Origin: Bacteroidia bacterium
GTDB lineage: Bacteria; Bacteroidota; Bacteroidia; M30B66
Length of the DNA stretch: 64,000 nucleotides
Assembly (NCBI GenBank): GCA_965279035.1
Contig: CBDIHM010000003.1
Span: forward strand, 64,001-128,000
Reading direction: 5' to 3'
The translations under genes and the position numbers were made by a program. Positions within the stretch are counted from its first letter, which is position 1; the number at the start of each line of letters is the position of its first letter. The notes beneath the pieces were generated by a model. It was given only the letters and a program-made list of their open reading frames with translations. It was not told the DNA's origin and did no database searches. This document shows, one piece after another, positions 23,722-36,608 of this stretch.

Positions 23722-25937
23722 CTAATTGCCTTCCACTGTGCAGTGCTCCACCCAGCCGGTCTTGACGCACTTCACTCGCGGACGCTTTGGCTTTGGCATA
23801 TCCGGCTGCACCTCAGACGCCGCTTCCAGCCACCAGGGCTTGTTTGCTTCTGCCCTCGGCCTTCTCATCCGCGCTTTGATCAGCACCCATTTCACACCAA
23901 AGACGCCCCATTTTGCAGCACCAATCACACAATACCTTGCCGCCCTGCCCACAGCGCAGCCTGTGGCGCTCACATTCCTGACAGTGACCACCAGAACCGG
24001 CCGCGAGCCGGGATTCGCAAAGTGGAAATCCGCCATTGCAGCGCCGACCGCCACTGAAATGACCAGCGCGCTGAACTCGGCATTCGTGCGCACAATGCCT
24101 GCTCTGATTGCCAGCTGGCTGGCTGCGCAATATGCATCAGCGGCAGCTGCCAGGATTTTGTTGCGCGGCCTGGGTTCCTCTGGAACTGCATCTGGAAGTA
24201 CAATTGGAGCCGGCTGCGCATGAACGGTGCCGGGGATGTCAACTGCCTGGCAGCCGGCGGCTGTGAAGTGGGAGTCGGGGTCGCGCGCCGGCATGCGCTG
24301 GCCGCACACCCAGCAGACGTGCGTGCGGCAGACCGTGCACCTGCAGGGAACCCTCCGATCAGCAACGATGACATTTTATCAAAAGTTTCCCATCAGTCCG
24401 GGGGAGGCCTGACCAACATGATCCTGTTTATTGGCACTCACTGATGGCATGCTGGACAGATAGTCTGAGCAGATCTGACATATTGTTTATTGCGGTCTGC
24501 CAAACAGATTTGGTTCATTGAAGATCCTTTCTCCTTTGAAAGGAGTGCTTTAGCTGAGATTAAATGGGTTCTAGCACCAATCCTCCAAGCATGTGTGACT
24601 GGGACATAATCAGAAATCTGACACATTCCAGGGTAAAGAGAATTATTGGAAACACACTGTAGATGATTGCAGCCGTCAATTTTCTGGAGCCCATTGTTGC
24701 AGGTGGGGCAGCGCACAATCCTATTTGCGGCAGTGTACTGCTGAAAAGCATTGTCCACTGTCTGCTCACCCCTCTGCCTGGTGTAATGGTCACAGCTCAG
24801 CCCGCCATGCCAGGCCACCTGGCATGCCTTGCACCAGGCATGCTCGCGCACGTTGCAGACCAGCATTGGAGCCTCTCCCTCTGCCACACCACAGGTGTAG
24901 TAACCATTATGTTGCACATTGAAGACTTTACAAGAGCCGCATGGAAGACTTTACTACAGCTTGGATGAAGAAGGATTCACAGGTGATGACTCTAAAACAA
25001 CCCAACAGGGAATGCAACGACTGACAACAGCCAGCTATGCACCAGATCGCTGATTCACCTGATCAGTCAAATAGCACAGAGTTTATGTGGGCCGTCTTTG
25101 CTCGAGCAGAGCACTCAAAGTTTAAATTTAAATTTAAGAGCTCACCTGCACAGTCAACGGCTGCTCCGTTGCAGTCTGGCTGGGGGCAGGGTACCATGTC
25201 AGGGCTAAATTGATTCCTGCTCGGACGCTGCACTGCTGATACTGTGCATGCTCCGCTGGAGTGAGAAGCTGTGCCATGTCTGGGTCTAGGCAGCAGCACT
25301 CCTTGCCGGTGCTGGCGGATTGATCATTCAATGGCTAGGTGCATCTGGCGCAGAGTGCTTCACCCCCGGCCTGGCAGATCGGGCAGGGGATGGGCAGGCT
25401 GGAGCCCCTGCAGAGGGATCACAGCATCTGTTGGCTACAGGTGAACCCATGCAGAGCATCTGACAAGACGTGCTCTTCGCAGCAACGCTGTGGGCACAAG
25501 GTAAATACAGAATATGCCATGGACACCTTTGCAGTCTCTAGCCTGCGCAAAGATCAGAATAGATTCTACAGCAACGCGCATGGATAATGCCAGTCCTGCT
25601 GACGGCTTGTACAAGGCAAGGGCTCTGCAGTCTCCCATTTGAAATCTGACCGCCTTTCCTTGCAAAGCTTTCCCCAGACTGATCCACACTGCCAGTAAAA
25701 CAATGTATATGCTCACCTGATGGCCTGGAGCACTGTCTTCCTGGCAGCCTCCCGGCACATGCAGGAATGGCCGCACATGCTGGCTGTGAACAGTTCCTCC
25801 AGGGGGTGATCATCGAGGCAGACTGCGCAGCGAAAGGTACCGCCGCTGTCCTGGGATCCTCCAGGGAGTGTTGCAGGTCCTTGATTTGGTGCTGCCAAAG
25901 TGGTGGGGAGGACATTCTCACGTTTCGTCCTCAGCAT
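23722..25937 (-). pseudogene. RBR (RING1-IBR-Rcat) E3 ubiquitin ligase-like gene, disrupted (copy 1)
   Basis: RING1 CAVCLDD...CGHSCMCREA...IPCPIC; IBR CPQPDCNG...CNVREHAWCKACQVAWHGGLSC; Rcat CPTCNNGLQKIDGCNHLQ|CTVCRTHVCWVCG. There is an in-frame TAG at about 25335-25337, a frameshift near 25210, and a CxxC to CNVR change in the IBR. Confidence 0.8.
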
Positions 25938-28149
25938 TGTGACCACCTGTAAGCAAAAAACAGCCCATTCAAATCCCAGCATCTTGCACCGTGGCTTCCC
26001 ACAGATATCGTCGAGGGTTTTCGTCTGGAACGGGTATGCATGCGCAAGCAAGGAATGCATTTTGAGAATGGCCCACGTTCTGCTCCAGTAAGACAAGATA
26101 AACTTGCACATCTCAAGCAATCTCTCACGATGCCTTTGAATATGGGCGTTGGAGGTGCATGGAGGAAGCGCTTGCGTCCGAGGTTCGAGTGATGCGGCAA
26201 GATTATTGCAACAAGTACAGCGCACTGTGGCATCGGCCAGTGTAACATTGAATTTTTGACGAGATGCAAGAGCAGCGAAGAGTGCACAGCAGAGAACGTG
26301 TGGATCATCTCCACAGCATCAAAAGTCAAGGAAGAGCTCGCGCCCGGCCGTCTTGAGCGGATCAGTCAATTCAAAAAGTCTCAGTCGATCCTCCCTCACA
26401 AACTTTCAATACTTTTTAAATTGAAGTGTCTGGCCCCTCGTCTGGAAAGCAATCAAGGTAGCTACTCCCAGGTTACAGAAAGGCCGATCCTGCTTGCCAA
26501 GTTGATGAAGCTCTTATCTTAGTGCTTGAGATGTGTCACTGATGATTCCTCTACTTAATTGGTTCTCTTGTGCGTCTTCAAAAGCAACAATGGTACCTTG
26601 AAACGGGTGTCCAATTTCCACTAGGGAGCTGTGCAACATTCCATGCACCCTTGACACGCCTGCGAATAGACCTGCTTAGGTTTTGCTGATATCCAGAGTA
26701 AAGGAAGCTCATGCAACCTGAATCGCAGGGATGTTGGATTTGAAAAAAATGACTGCTTGCCATTACTAGTAGTGGGCAGATTTTAATGCTCCAGTGCGAG
26801 AGTCTGCAAGCTTTGACAAAATTATGGGATTCCTTCGAAGCACTGTGTGCATGCATGTCCGAGCAGCCGCAGTGGTAATTGCCAATCCCTGTGGCACAGC
26901 CAGTGTGATTCCAACCTTTTATAAAACTCCAAATTCCCAACCTCGATGTCAATACTCTTAGCAACCCCAAATAACCAGGGCAGCACACCAGTTGGTCATG
27001 CGGCTAAATCCCACATTCTAAACTTGATCAGCAGATTTACGGCAACTTGCAAACTTGAATGCTTCAAGTTTCCAATTTGTAACACTACTTGAACTTATGA
27101 AGCCCATCACCACACGAGCCTGCTAGGCACAATTTGAAAATTCACCAGCGAGCATGATGTTTGGCGGCATTCCACCACTGGCAGGGCCTGCAAAGCCTTG
27201 CATTGACAGAAGCCACACTGGCCACCTCTATGGGCCGAGCCATCCGGAGCGCTGCACCGCCTGCATCTTTTCTGGCTTGTGTCCGTCAGACACGTCATGC
27301 GCCACCCATCCAGCAACGAACGAGATAACAATCGCCACGCCTATGAAGATGAAGACGTCCAACAGATGAATTTCAGCAGTGTTTCCGTCTTGCCAATTCT
27401 GTGCTTGGGACAATTGTCTTTGCGGATGTCCCAGTGCACTATCAGATTTGGGTGCAATCCCACGCGCTGCTTTTGCATTCGCCGGTACGTCAGGGGGCCT
27501 GTCAGCGAGATGAGCAGGTCATTCAATATGCAGCAGGGTTGCATGCGTAGGCGTTTGGCAGCAGTTTAAAAGTGTGGAGTATCACGTTGACACCACTGGA
27601 ACCCAATCAGGATTGCTAGTGCCCAAACGTACACGGCCAGAAATTCATGCCTTCAACTTCGTCCAATAGCGTCACTGCAAAAGGGCAGAACGTGTATCAT
27701 ACATGCATGCATGATGCTACAATCATCACTCTTCAAATAAAACTTGCAGTCTTGTGTTTTCCAGGTGCCTTCACTTTGTCTGTCCTCAAAATGGTGTAAC
27801 GTTCCCATGAAGAGTAATCTGTAGGGTGCAACCCCTGGACTGGCTCTAGCAGGGAGTTCTACATCTGGACTTATATATATTTACCACCCCTTCTCTCTAA
27901 GCAGAGGGATATGTTGCCTAGGGCTCAAAGCTGGTGTGAAGGATCGTGAGATCCATTCCCGACTCTATCATTTATCTATATCATTTATATATTGAGCTAA
28001 AGCTTCAGTGTGATTGTGGGTATGAGAACACTGAACAGGAGGATTTGTAGAGTGGCTTGCGTTCCTTCACATGAAGGACTTCAGAAGGAGAGCTCTAGAT
28101 TTCTAATCAACAGATACCTTTCAGCTTGATCTCCTTCCTTTGATCCTCA

Positions 28150-31100
28150 ATGACCGCCGTATGGCTAGTCATTGCAGCCTTGGTGCGCACTTCGTTTTCT
28201 CTTAATACTGGATTCCGACTCTGACACAGCCTTCCTTTGGCCGAGGCCTCAACCTCTTCTGATTCTTCTGATAATTAAATGCACATCCTCTCCTACGCTA
28301 TACAGGCAGCGCTGTGTCGCGATGGTATAGCGATAGAATAAGTAGATCCATCGCAGGTCACTCCCAATGGAAACAAGATGAAGCAAACCCTGATGCTATG
28401 TGCGTGCAGGTGGTGCTTCTGACGCTGTTGATGAGGTTTCTCGCCACCTGGTTTGCGAGACACGAGGAGGAAGCGAGCAAGGTGTCAGAGAGGTTCTTTG
28501 TGAGCCCAACATCCTTCCAAAAGGTGCGCACCAGCTGCAGTGTATGCCATCAATCGTGTGACGGTAAGTTTGTCAAATATTTCTGTGCGATTTCTCTCTT
28601 TAATGCAGCAGAATGAAAGATCCAATAGTAGATGCTGGCTGGTGCAGATGCTCGCCCCGTCAGTATTCAGCGAGGCGACCAAGTCCCTGACTATTGTGGT
28701 CCCTGCATACAATGAGGAGGCGCGGCTACCTAGCACCCTGGATGAGACACTTCGGTGAGAACCAAACATGTCCACACTTTTGGGGCTCTTTTTCTTTTGC
28801 ATGCAAGACAATGGGTTTTGACCTAAGGCACCCACGACTTGCCGCTGGTCCGCAAATGCACCATCCTTTTCATGGCATGAGATCATCCAGAGGATGATGC
28901 ACAACATTCTGTCTTGATTCAATGTATTAAGCCTCCTGATGGAACACAAACAGCCCTTTTGATCCATCAGATCTTGAGGTAGCAGCTTTACCTGCCAGGC
29001 AGCTCACATGAAGGCACCTGAAATGAAAGGCACGCATGCACTGCCAGGCCCGCATCAGTCAAGGGATCAGCACTTTGAGTCATGAAAGACAGGACACAGG
29101 CACACAGTGCAGACATCCTGCACTCAAGTAACTTCTTGTTGTGACTCTCTTTTGTGCTGCCAATGCAGGTATCTGCAGGGGAGGCGGGACAGGCAGGGGC
29201 CCAACTTCACGTACGAGGTGATCGTGGTGGACGATGGCAGCATGGACGCCACTGTACGGACGGCATTTGAGTACGTGCGCAAGCACGGCGTGGACGCTGT
29301 GCGCGTGCTGCAGCTGCCGCGTAACTACGGCAAGGTGCGGCGGCGCAATCAACCGCTTCGGGGCTGTCTCAAATTGCGGGTGCAACTTGTGGTTATGTGC
29401 CACTGAAACAGGACCACAGCAAGTAGTGTCAGGGATATCCATATAAACGTGTCGGTTTTCAAATTAGGCAGACAGATTCAGATCACCACAGCTGCTCAGC
29501 TCTGCAGGTCCAAACTACGGCGAGTTCGGCAATGCTGGCATGATTCATCATGGAGGGCATTGTATTTTCGACAGGCTGGCATCTAACCATCCACGACAGT
29601 GTGTACACAGACCAGATGGATGGTCACATTTGCTGTAGTGGGCATGCCTAATGCCACCTTTCACATCAAATAAAGATTAAGATACAAGCCTGTAGGATGT
29701 GTAATGCATGCTGCATGTTGTGGAACAAAAAATGCCGGCGCAGGGCTCATTAAGTCTGGCATTGTTCTAGTTTCAGTGCTCTGTTAAAGATAGTCACTGG
29801 CGGCAACATGCATGGAGTAAAATGCTGTTGATGGCAGGGGACAGGTGCTGTTGTTGCCATGTGAGCCCAGCACCTTTGTCAGTACTGCAGAAGCTCATCC
29901 CCAGTCCAGAAGGAAGAGCGACAGAGCACCAGGAAGGGAGGAAGATCTGAAGGCATGCATTACAGGGGATTCAGCAAACCCAAGCTTTGGGAACCACCGG
30001 TGATCTTGATGATCCAGCACCAGGTGTCAGGAGATAAAAAAACCACCTGTGACACTCTATATGGTGAAGCTACAAAGGCTAAATGCATCCGCTACAGCTC
30101 TGACAATAAACACCCTTCTGCTGCAGGGGTATGCGGTGAAGGCGGGCATGCTGGCGGGCCGCGGCGAGCGCCTGCTCTTCATGGATGCGGATGGTGCCAC
30201 CCGAGTCTCCGACGTGGAGAAGCTGGAAGCAGCGCTCGCCACAATCAGCGGCAAAGGCAAGCTGCAGCCCTCAACTGTGCACTGGTCAAAGCCCCAAAGC
30301 AGCACAGGGGATGTCGCTGCAATGTCCCACTGCCAGTGTGCATGGATGCTGAATATTCAGCTGGCTTATCCTTTAATGTTGTGTACTGTATATTGAGCAT
30401 CTCTGGTTAGGATGTTTGGAATTCATACATACATGGCCGCATGGCTGCATGTTGGGACATGCAACATTCTTTGTGTCAAAGCTGCCATTCTGACACAATG
30501 TGGGGCCACGATCCTCCAATAAGGTGGCACAACTACAGAAGAAAATCATTCGCGTTGGGGTACCAAAACAAATCCCTCTATTGCACACTCCAGGGGCGGA
30601 CAATGGGGAGGGGCCCCCGGTGAGGAGGGTGGACAGAGCGGGGGGCGCGGCGGTGGCGGTGGGTTCGCGCGCGCATCTGGAGGCGGTGGCCATATCGCGG
30701 CGTACCTGGTACCGCAACTTCCTCATGCATGGCTTCCACTTTGTGGTTCTCCTCGTCGCTGGCGGCGCCGTCAAGGACACCCAGTGTGGCTTCAAGGTGC
30801 CTCCTTTTCACTCCTGCAAATCGCTGGATCTGGTGCTTGATCTGCTTCACCTGACATCAAAGGCGAGGACGCAAAGAGATGCCTGGCTTGCTCTGTGGGG
30901 ATCAATAAATGTACCCTCATTCAAGCAGCCGCAGTTCGTTGCCACAGAGCCCTGGACATTTGCTCTCTCTCCCTCGGGAGGATATTTAAGTTCAACAAGT
31001 GCATGCTGTTGCGGCGCGAACTGGCGTGACTTGCTTTCCTGGCAATGTTTCTAGGTATTCTTATGATGTGCATTGCACCAAGAGTGTATCAGAACGGGTG

Positions 31101-31711
31101 ACTTGCACATGGCTCAACGAAAGACCGATGTTCTATTCATGTGGTGATGTTCCCTGCGTGCATGCGCGCAGCTGTTCACAAGAGGGGCGGCGCGGGCGCT
31201 CTACAGCAATCAGCATCTGCAGCGGTGGTGCTTCGATGTGGAGCTCATATTTCTGGCGCAGCGGCTGGGCATCCCCATTGTGGAAACCTCTGTGAACTGG
31301 ACAGAAATTCCCGGTGCGCTCTGTTTTACCTACCAAATATGACAATGGCTGCTGAAATCTCTTGTCTACATTTGTGTGTGATTTTGACGATGGCCTAGTT
31401 TCTACTTCTGTTCTCAACACCACATGGGCTGGCAACCTTGGCTCCGCCTCGTTTGCAGAAGCAGAAGCAGACAGCCCGGCGGTTGCAACAGAGGCAACAG
31501 AAGGAGCGGGTTGGGCCATTCATATGCTGTAGGGACTATACTTGAATTACAGTACAAAACAAAAATTACAAGTATTTGTTCATGGTGCGCAGGATCCAAG
31601 GTGTCCATATCGTCGATAGTCCACATGACATGGGAGATGGCGGCCATCCTGATCGGCTACTCGTGGCTGGGGCTCTGGCATATAAACACCTCGGCGGGGA
31701 TAGCGCAATAG
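28150..31711 (+). CDS. ALG5: Dolichyl-phosphate beta-glucosyltransferase (GT2)
   Basis: Approximate exons: 28150-28182, 28410-28523, 28648-28754, 29169-29334, 30127-30256, 30594-30796, 31172-31314, 31593-31711. N-terminal TM plus the motifs LTIVVPAYNEEARLP, YEVIVVDDGS, NYGKGYAV, LFMDADGAT, GSRAHLE, DTQCGFKLFTR, WCFDVEL and VNWTEIPGSK. Confidence 0.94.
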
Positions 31712-32959
31712 GACAGAAGGCTTTCCTGAATGGCAGTTCTGCGCGGCCCAGCGGCCAGCTTGGTACCGCGAACAGTGTTGCAATGTGAAGAGACATGCGC
31801 CTTCTATTTTACTGTATAGAGAATTCCCGGTTCTCTGGGCCAGTAGATCCACCAAGACCTAGTCCTAGCTTAAGGCAGTGAGCTGACCTTAAAAGAGCAG
31901 ACATGCTGCAAGCACTTATAAACATAGACAGCATGCATGTGTGTCTACAATTGGATATCATCTCTGACAAGTAGCTCTTGCCCAGGCACTGGGTAGATTT
32001 CCTCAATGGGGAAGCTGCAGCATGCATCATGCTGTTTTTGCAGCCAAGTTGCAAATCGGCCATGCAAAGGGGGCTCGCAGAGATCACTTGAATACGCCTT
32101 TAAAAATGCATATAACATCTGCGCAATGCCCTCTTGGCAATTCCTTCATGTCAGCTTTCGTGAAATGTGCGCCGTGCATGGTAAGATTGAGCCTGCATAG
32201 CACTGCAAGGGAAGCCATCCTTCACCACTGGTAGAAATCTGCAGACCCTGTTGGGCTGATGACACGCCCCGGAACCGATTGTTGCCAAAAAGCTCCAGCA
32301 GCACACAACTGCATAACTTCTACAGAAACCTATTAACACAGTCCGAACACGGTTGAATTCAGGACAGGAGCAGCTTGTGCCTCGCAAGGTAGAACAGGTA
32401 AGGAAATGCCCAGGACTAAAAGCGATGGTAGCTTAACATATATAACATTCAAACAAATCAGTCACATTGTGGGTTCTCACCCACCTTCTCTCGTGCCTTT
32501 TAGAGATACGTAACCGCTTTTCACAACCTTCGCGGGTTCCCAGCTATTGCAGCGACGATGTATCTCGCATTTTCTCGATAACATCAGACAGTTCTACACA
32601 AGGGCCCTGCGCTATGTGCACTGTTGCTCTTTCTGCAGAGAGTTGAGATTGCTTGATTGTGCTGCTCCAAAGCCAATTGTGAAGACATTCAGCGAGGGGC
32701 TGAAGCTATTATTGCTGTATTCGAAGGCTGTAACAATGTACATCAAGATGTATGGACAAGTGATGGTCTGCCGTTGCTGCCAGGCTCCCGCACGGCCACA
32801 GTCCTTCAGAAAGTGCATGTACGCATCCTGTAGAGCAATTGCACAGCATACATCTGCAGATATCGTGCATTAAAACCGAAAAACTTGCTGGTCTATTTCT
32901 GGCCTATGTTCTGGCCGAGGAATGGCCGACAAAGGAAAATATGGGCCATTCCCGGCCAC

Positions 32960-32988
32960 ACTTCGGCCAAATAGGCATTGGCCGAAGT
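32960..32988. repeat. Hairpin with 11-bp arms inside a GGCC(G) motif cluster upstream of the RRM gene
   Basis: acttcggccaa-ataggca-ttggccgaagt, with about 8 GGCC sites between 32900 and 33000. Confidence 0.75.
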
Positions 32989-33489
32989 CTGGCCGAAATA
33001 GGGGGTTTCGGCTGTTCCTCGCCCGTCCGATATATGCCCTATGATTCGTAGCCAGTTGGCAGCTCACCGGTTTTGCAAATGTTATAACAGCACTCATAAA
33101 ACCCTCCAGGATCCCACATCATCAGGAAGGGACACGGAACAAAAATATCGGCTCGGCTCACTGCATGAACCAGCTGCCTGGTAGGTTCAAGGAGGGAAAT
33201 CTGGAAATGACACCTGTCGCTCCGCCTGTTTTGGCTCCCGGGGTTGACGTTGTCCATGTGTGTCCCGCTGACATCATCAATCAGCAGGACAAAAGCCACC
33301 AAGGAAAAAGGAGCTCTTCTGCACTTTAGCATGACATAACTCAATTGCAGCTCACTCCTCCCAGCATTGCTGTAGACAGATCCGCACCTGGGCTCCTCAG
33401 CCAGGCCAGTACAGCCACGAGGCAGTGCGTGAAACAGAGAACTTTCTGATTACGTTTACATTGGAGCCTGTACTTCCTAGAGCTGCATC

Positions 33490-36400
33490 ATGGCGGAGAT
33501 GACCGCAGAGCAAGGCACAAAGACATTATGGATGGGAGACCTCGCCTACTGGATGGACGAGTCCTTCATTTACAGTATCTTTGTTGGTGCGCCCAGTGGA
33601 TCTTGGCCTGCTATCATTGGTTTTGACAGCCGTTGTCTGTGCCTTCTTCATGCGGCCTATGCCTTGCCTTAAGACATTTTTTCCACAAGTAATGAACTGT
33701 GCGTGATGCATGCCCTGCGAGAAGCTAGCCCTGACCCCTTCGAGATCGTGGTAGTCATCTTGATGTACATCTTGCCAAAAACTCTCTTCTTGTGACTCAG
33801 GGTCGCTGCTGGATGCAGGCACTGGTAACCTGGTGAGCGTCAAAATCATCAGGAACAAGAATACAGCAGTGTCAGAGGGGTACGGATTTGTGGAATTCGC
33901 GACGCACGAGGCCGCAGAGCAAGTCCTGCGCACATTCAACGGCTGCCCCATTCCCAACACCGACCAGATTTTCCGCTTGAACTGGGCAGCCTTCGGAGTC
34001 GGCAAAGTTACAACCGACTGTAAGTTCCCACCTTTCTGTATCGTACACACGCTGGGGGGACAAGAATTGTGTGCCACCCATTGCGCGACCAGCCAAAGTC
34101 GCTGGCCTCCGTGAGCTATTTGCGGGCATCCCTTTGCTGCTATTACGGTCCTATCCGACTCAAAAGAGCTTTCTTGTCGATTGCTGGCTCCAAAAAGATC
34201 GCGCAAATTTGGTTGGCAGACACCTGTCGGCCATGCTGCATGCCCCCTTCAGTGCTCTGACTGCTGCCTTCCAATGCTGTGCAGCTGACTACTCCGTCTT
34301 CGTTGGCGACCTGGCCCCAGATGTGACGGATTACGCTCTCCAAGAACACTTCAGGCAGTTCTTTGCCTCTGTGCGCAGCGCAAAGGTGACCTGCATGCAT
34401 TTCTAATTTACACTGAACTCCCTCATCCTTCCTGCTCTTTGGGTAGCAGGATCTGTAGACCATTTTCAATTGCTGTTCCCTTCTGGCTCTCATTGTGGGA
34501 AAGAATCATCTGCATGCCATTGAATGCAGGCTGCTGAGACCTGTTGCGTGGCGCTGTGCAGGTGATCACAGACCCCTTGACAGGGCGTTCGAAGGGATAC
34601 GGATTCGTGCGCTTCGGCAATGAGGCGGAGAGGGATCGCTCGCTGACTGAGATGTCTGGCCACGTCATCAACAGCCGCCCCATCCGCGTCTCCATCGCCA
34701 CCGCCAAGAAGAGCCAGACCGCCACCATGGTAAGCGCACTTGGATCAATTGCCAGTTGTGATGGCTGTCCCACTACTAGCATTCCTGGCTGAAGCTTCTG
34801 CATTGCTGTGATTCAAAAACCTGCTCCACAAAGGCCTGCAAACCTCTTGAGTGTGCTGCTTTTGGTGGCGCCAACTCTTGAGACACACCATGGACTTCGT
34901 TTCTATGTCGCGCACATCAGCCAAGCCACCAAAACAGTGTCAGAATTTTGATTTCGAAAATTTTCGTTTGCGCGCGCAGGGTGCCCCGGCGCCGGTGGCG
35001 TCGCAGCCGCACCCGTCGGACTACGACCCGAACAACACCACGCTCTTCATCGGCGGGCTCTCATCGGGAGTCTCCGAGGACGATCTGCGCGTGCTATTCG
35101 GCCGCTTTGGAGACATCGTGTATACCAAGATCCCGCCCGGCAAGGGCTGCGGCTTCGTGCAGTTCGTGCAGCGGCCCGCCGCTGAGTCCGCCATGGCGCA
35201 GATGCAGGCGCGCTGCAGCCCTTCCCTTTTTGTAATCTGCATTGTGTGACAATTCTATGTGGAGCTATTCTGTTGGCATGGCATGCACACTGCCATAGTT
35301 GCGGGCCAAGATTGCTGATGCCCGACTGCCAGGCGATGTTGGCCCTTGGAGTTGGCTGGTGCATGCCATGCCAGATGACTACGGAGACTTTTACTGAGTC
35401 TGAACCTCCAAATACCCACTTCATGTACACTTTCCGTGTGTGCTTGAGACTACTATCTTGATAGAACAGGGGATGCTGGAGATGAGATGTACTTGACTGC
35501 GGACACGCCTGACGGTTGCAGCTGTGGTTGAACAGGGTCAGATCCTGGGCGGGTCGACCATCCGCATCTCCTGGGGCCGCTCCAGCACTTCGCGTGCCGC
35601 CGTCAATGCGGCAGCCGCCGCAGCCGCGCCCTACCCAGGGGCGTTCCCTGCGGCCGGCGGCTACGGCGCAGCCGGCGCGGCCACCTACGGTGAGGCGCCA
35701 CTGCATGTTTTGATCACCCCGAAAACAGCAGGTTGAGTTTGATTTTTTCAGCAAGGGGTTTCTGACCGTATTGAGTCAATGTGCGGCAGGAGGAGATGAC
35801 CAGCGGATGGATGGTGTGACTGTTTGGATATTTCATGCAGCACTGATCAGCATTCGTATATTGCGCATGTATGCAGGGCCGTACATCAGTTGATCCAGTA
35901 CTGCAATGCTTCGTAGTCTTGAAACTTACCGCATTCGCATCAGGTTTGTGGCTTACCATGAGACAAGCGTTCAAGCACAGGTCTGCATTGCACAGGAATC
36001 GGCGCTTTTGATGCAAATGGCTACGGCAGTTTTGGCGCTGCCCCGGCCGCAGCCACGGCGACCTCGGACCCGTACTCGGCGTACTATGCGGCTGCTGCCT
36101 CCCAGAACCCTGATGCCAACCTGTACCAGGTGCGCTGTGCAGCACCTAGCTTTATAACGGGAGCATACCTGTCAAGTGAGCAAGCGTCGTGCTGTATGTT
36201 GCATCCTAAAGGAAAAAGGCAGCTAAAGCTCAGGAGAAGAATATTGTTCACCTCATGATGTTGCTGTCCTGTGTGCCCTCTTCAGGTTATTCTGTGTCAG
36301 AATTGGTTGCAAAGGCTATTTCCCAATTCTCCTGGGTCTTGCAGGGAGGGCTTCCTGTGCAAATGGACTAGAACAAGAGGCATGTTCATTGTAAATAAGC

Positions 36401-36608
36401 TGACGGATTGGTGTGAATGCTTATGCAGGGCTTTGGTACGGGCGGCCTCGGCGGCTTGCCAGGGGCGGGATTCGGCGCGGGCGGCATGGGCCTGTCATCC
36501 AAGGAGAATGCTTTTGACCCTCTGGCACCCATCGACGTGGAGAAGCTCAACGCCGCCTTCATCAGCCGCCACCAGGCCGCGCTGCTGGGCAGCCACCTCA
36601 GAGCTTAG
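33490..36608 (+). CDS. RBP45/RBP47 (Nam8/Ngr1-type) triple-RRM polyadenylate-binding protein
   Basis: KTLWMGDLAYWMDE, SVKIIRNK...GYGFVEF, FRLNWA, YSVFVGDLAPDV, GRSKGYGFVRF, DPNNTTLFIGGL, GKGCGFVQF and IRISWGR, followed by a Gly/Ala/Tyr-rich tail. About 8 exons. Confidence 0.93.

Noticed and set aside
25335-25337. In-frame TAG in the RBR gene as evidence of stop-codon reassignment or readthrough
   Set aside because: TAG terminates ALG5, RBP45/47 and RIO2 normally, and the same RBR gene also has a frameshift and a lost Cys. Pseudogenisation is the simpler explanation.
9400-27600. Endogenous giant-virus or Zepp/LINE insertion
   Set aside because: I recognised no capsid, polymerase, reverse transcriptase, integrase or transposase motif, so it cannot be supported from sequence alone.
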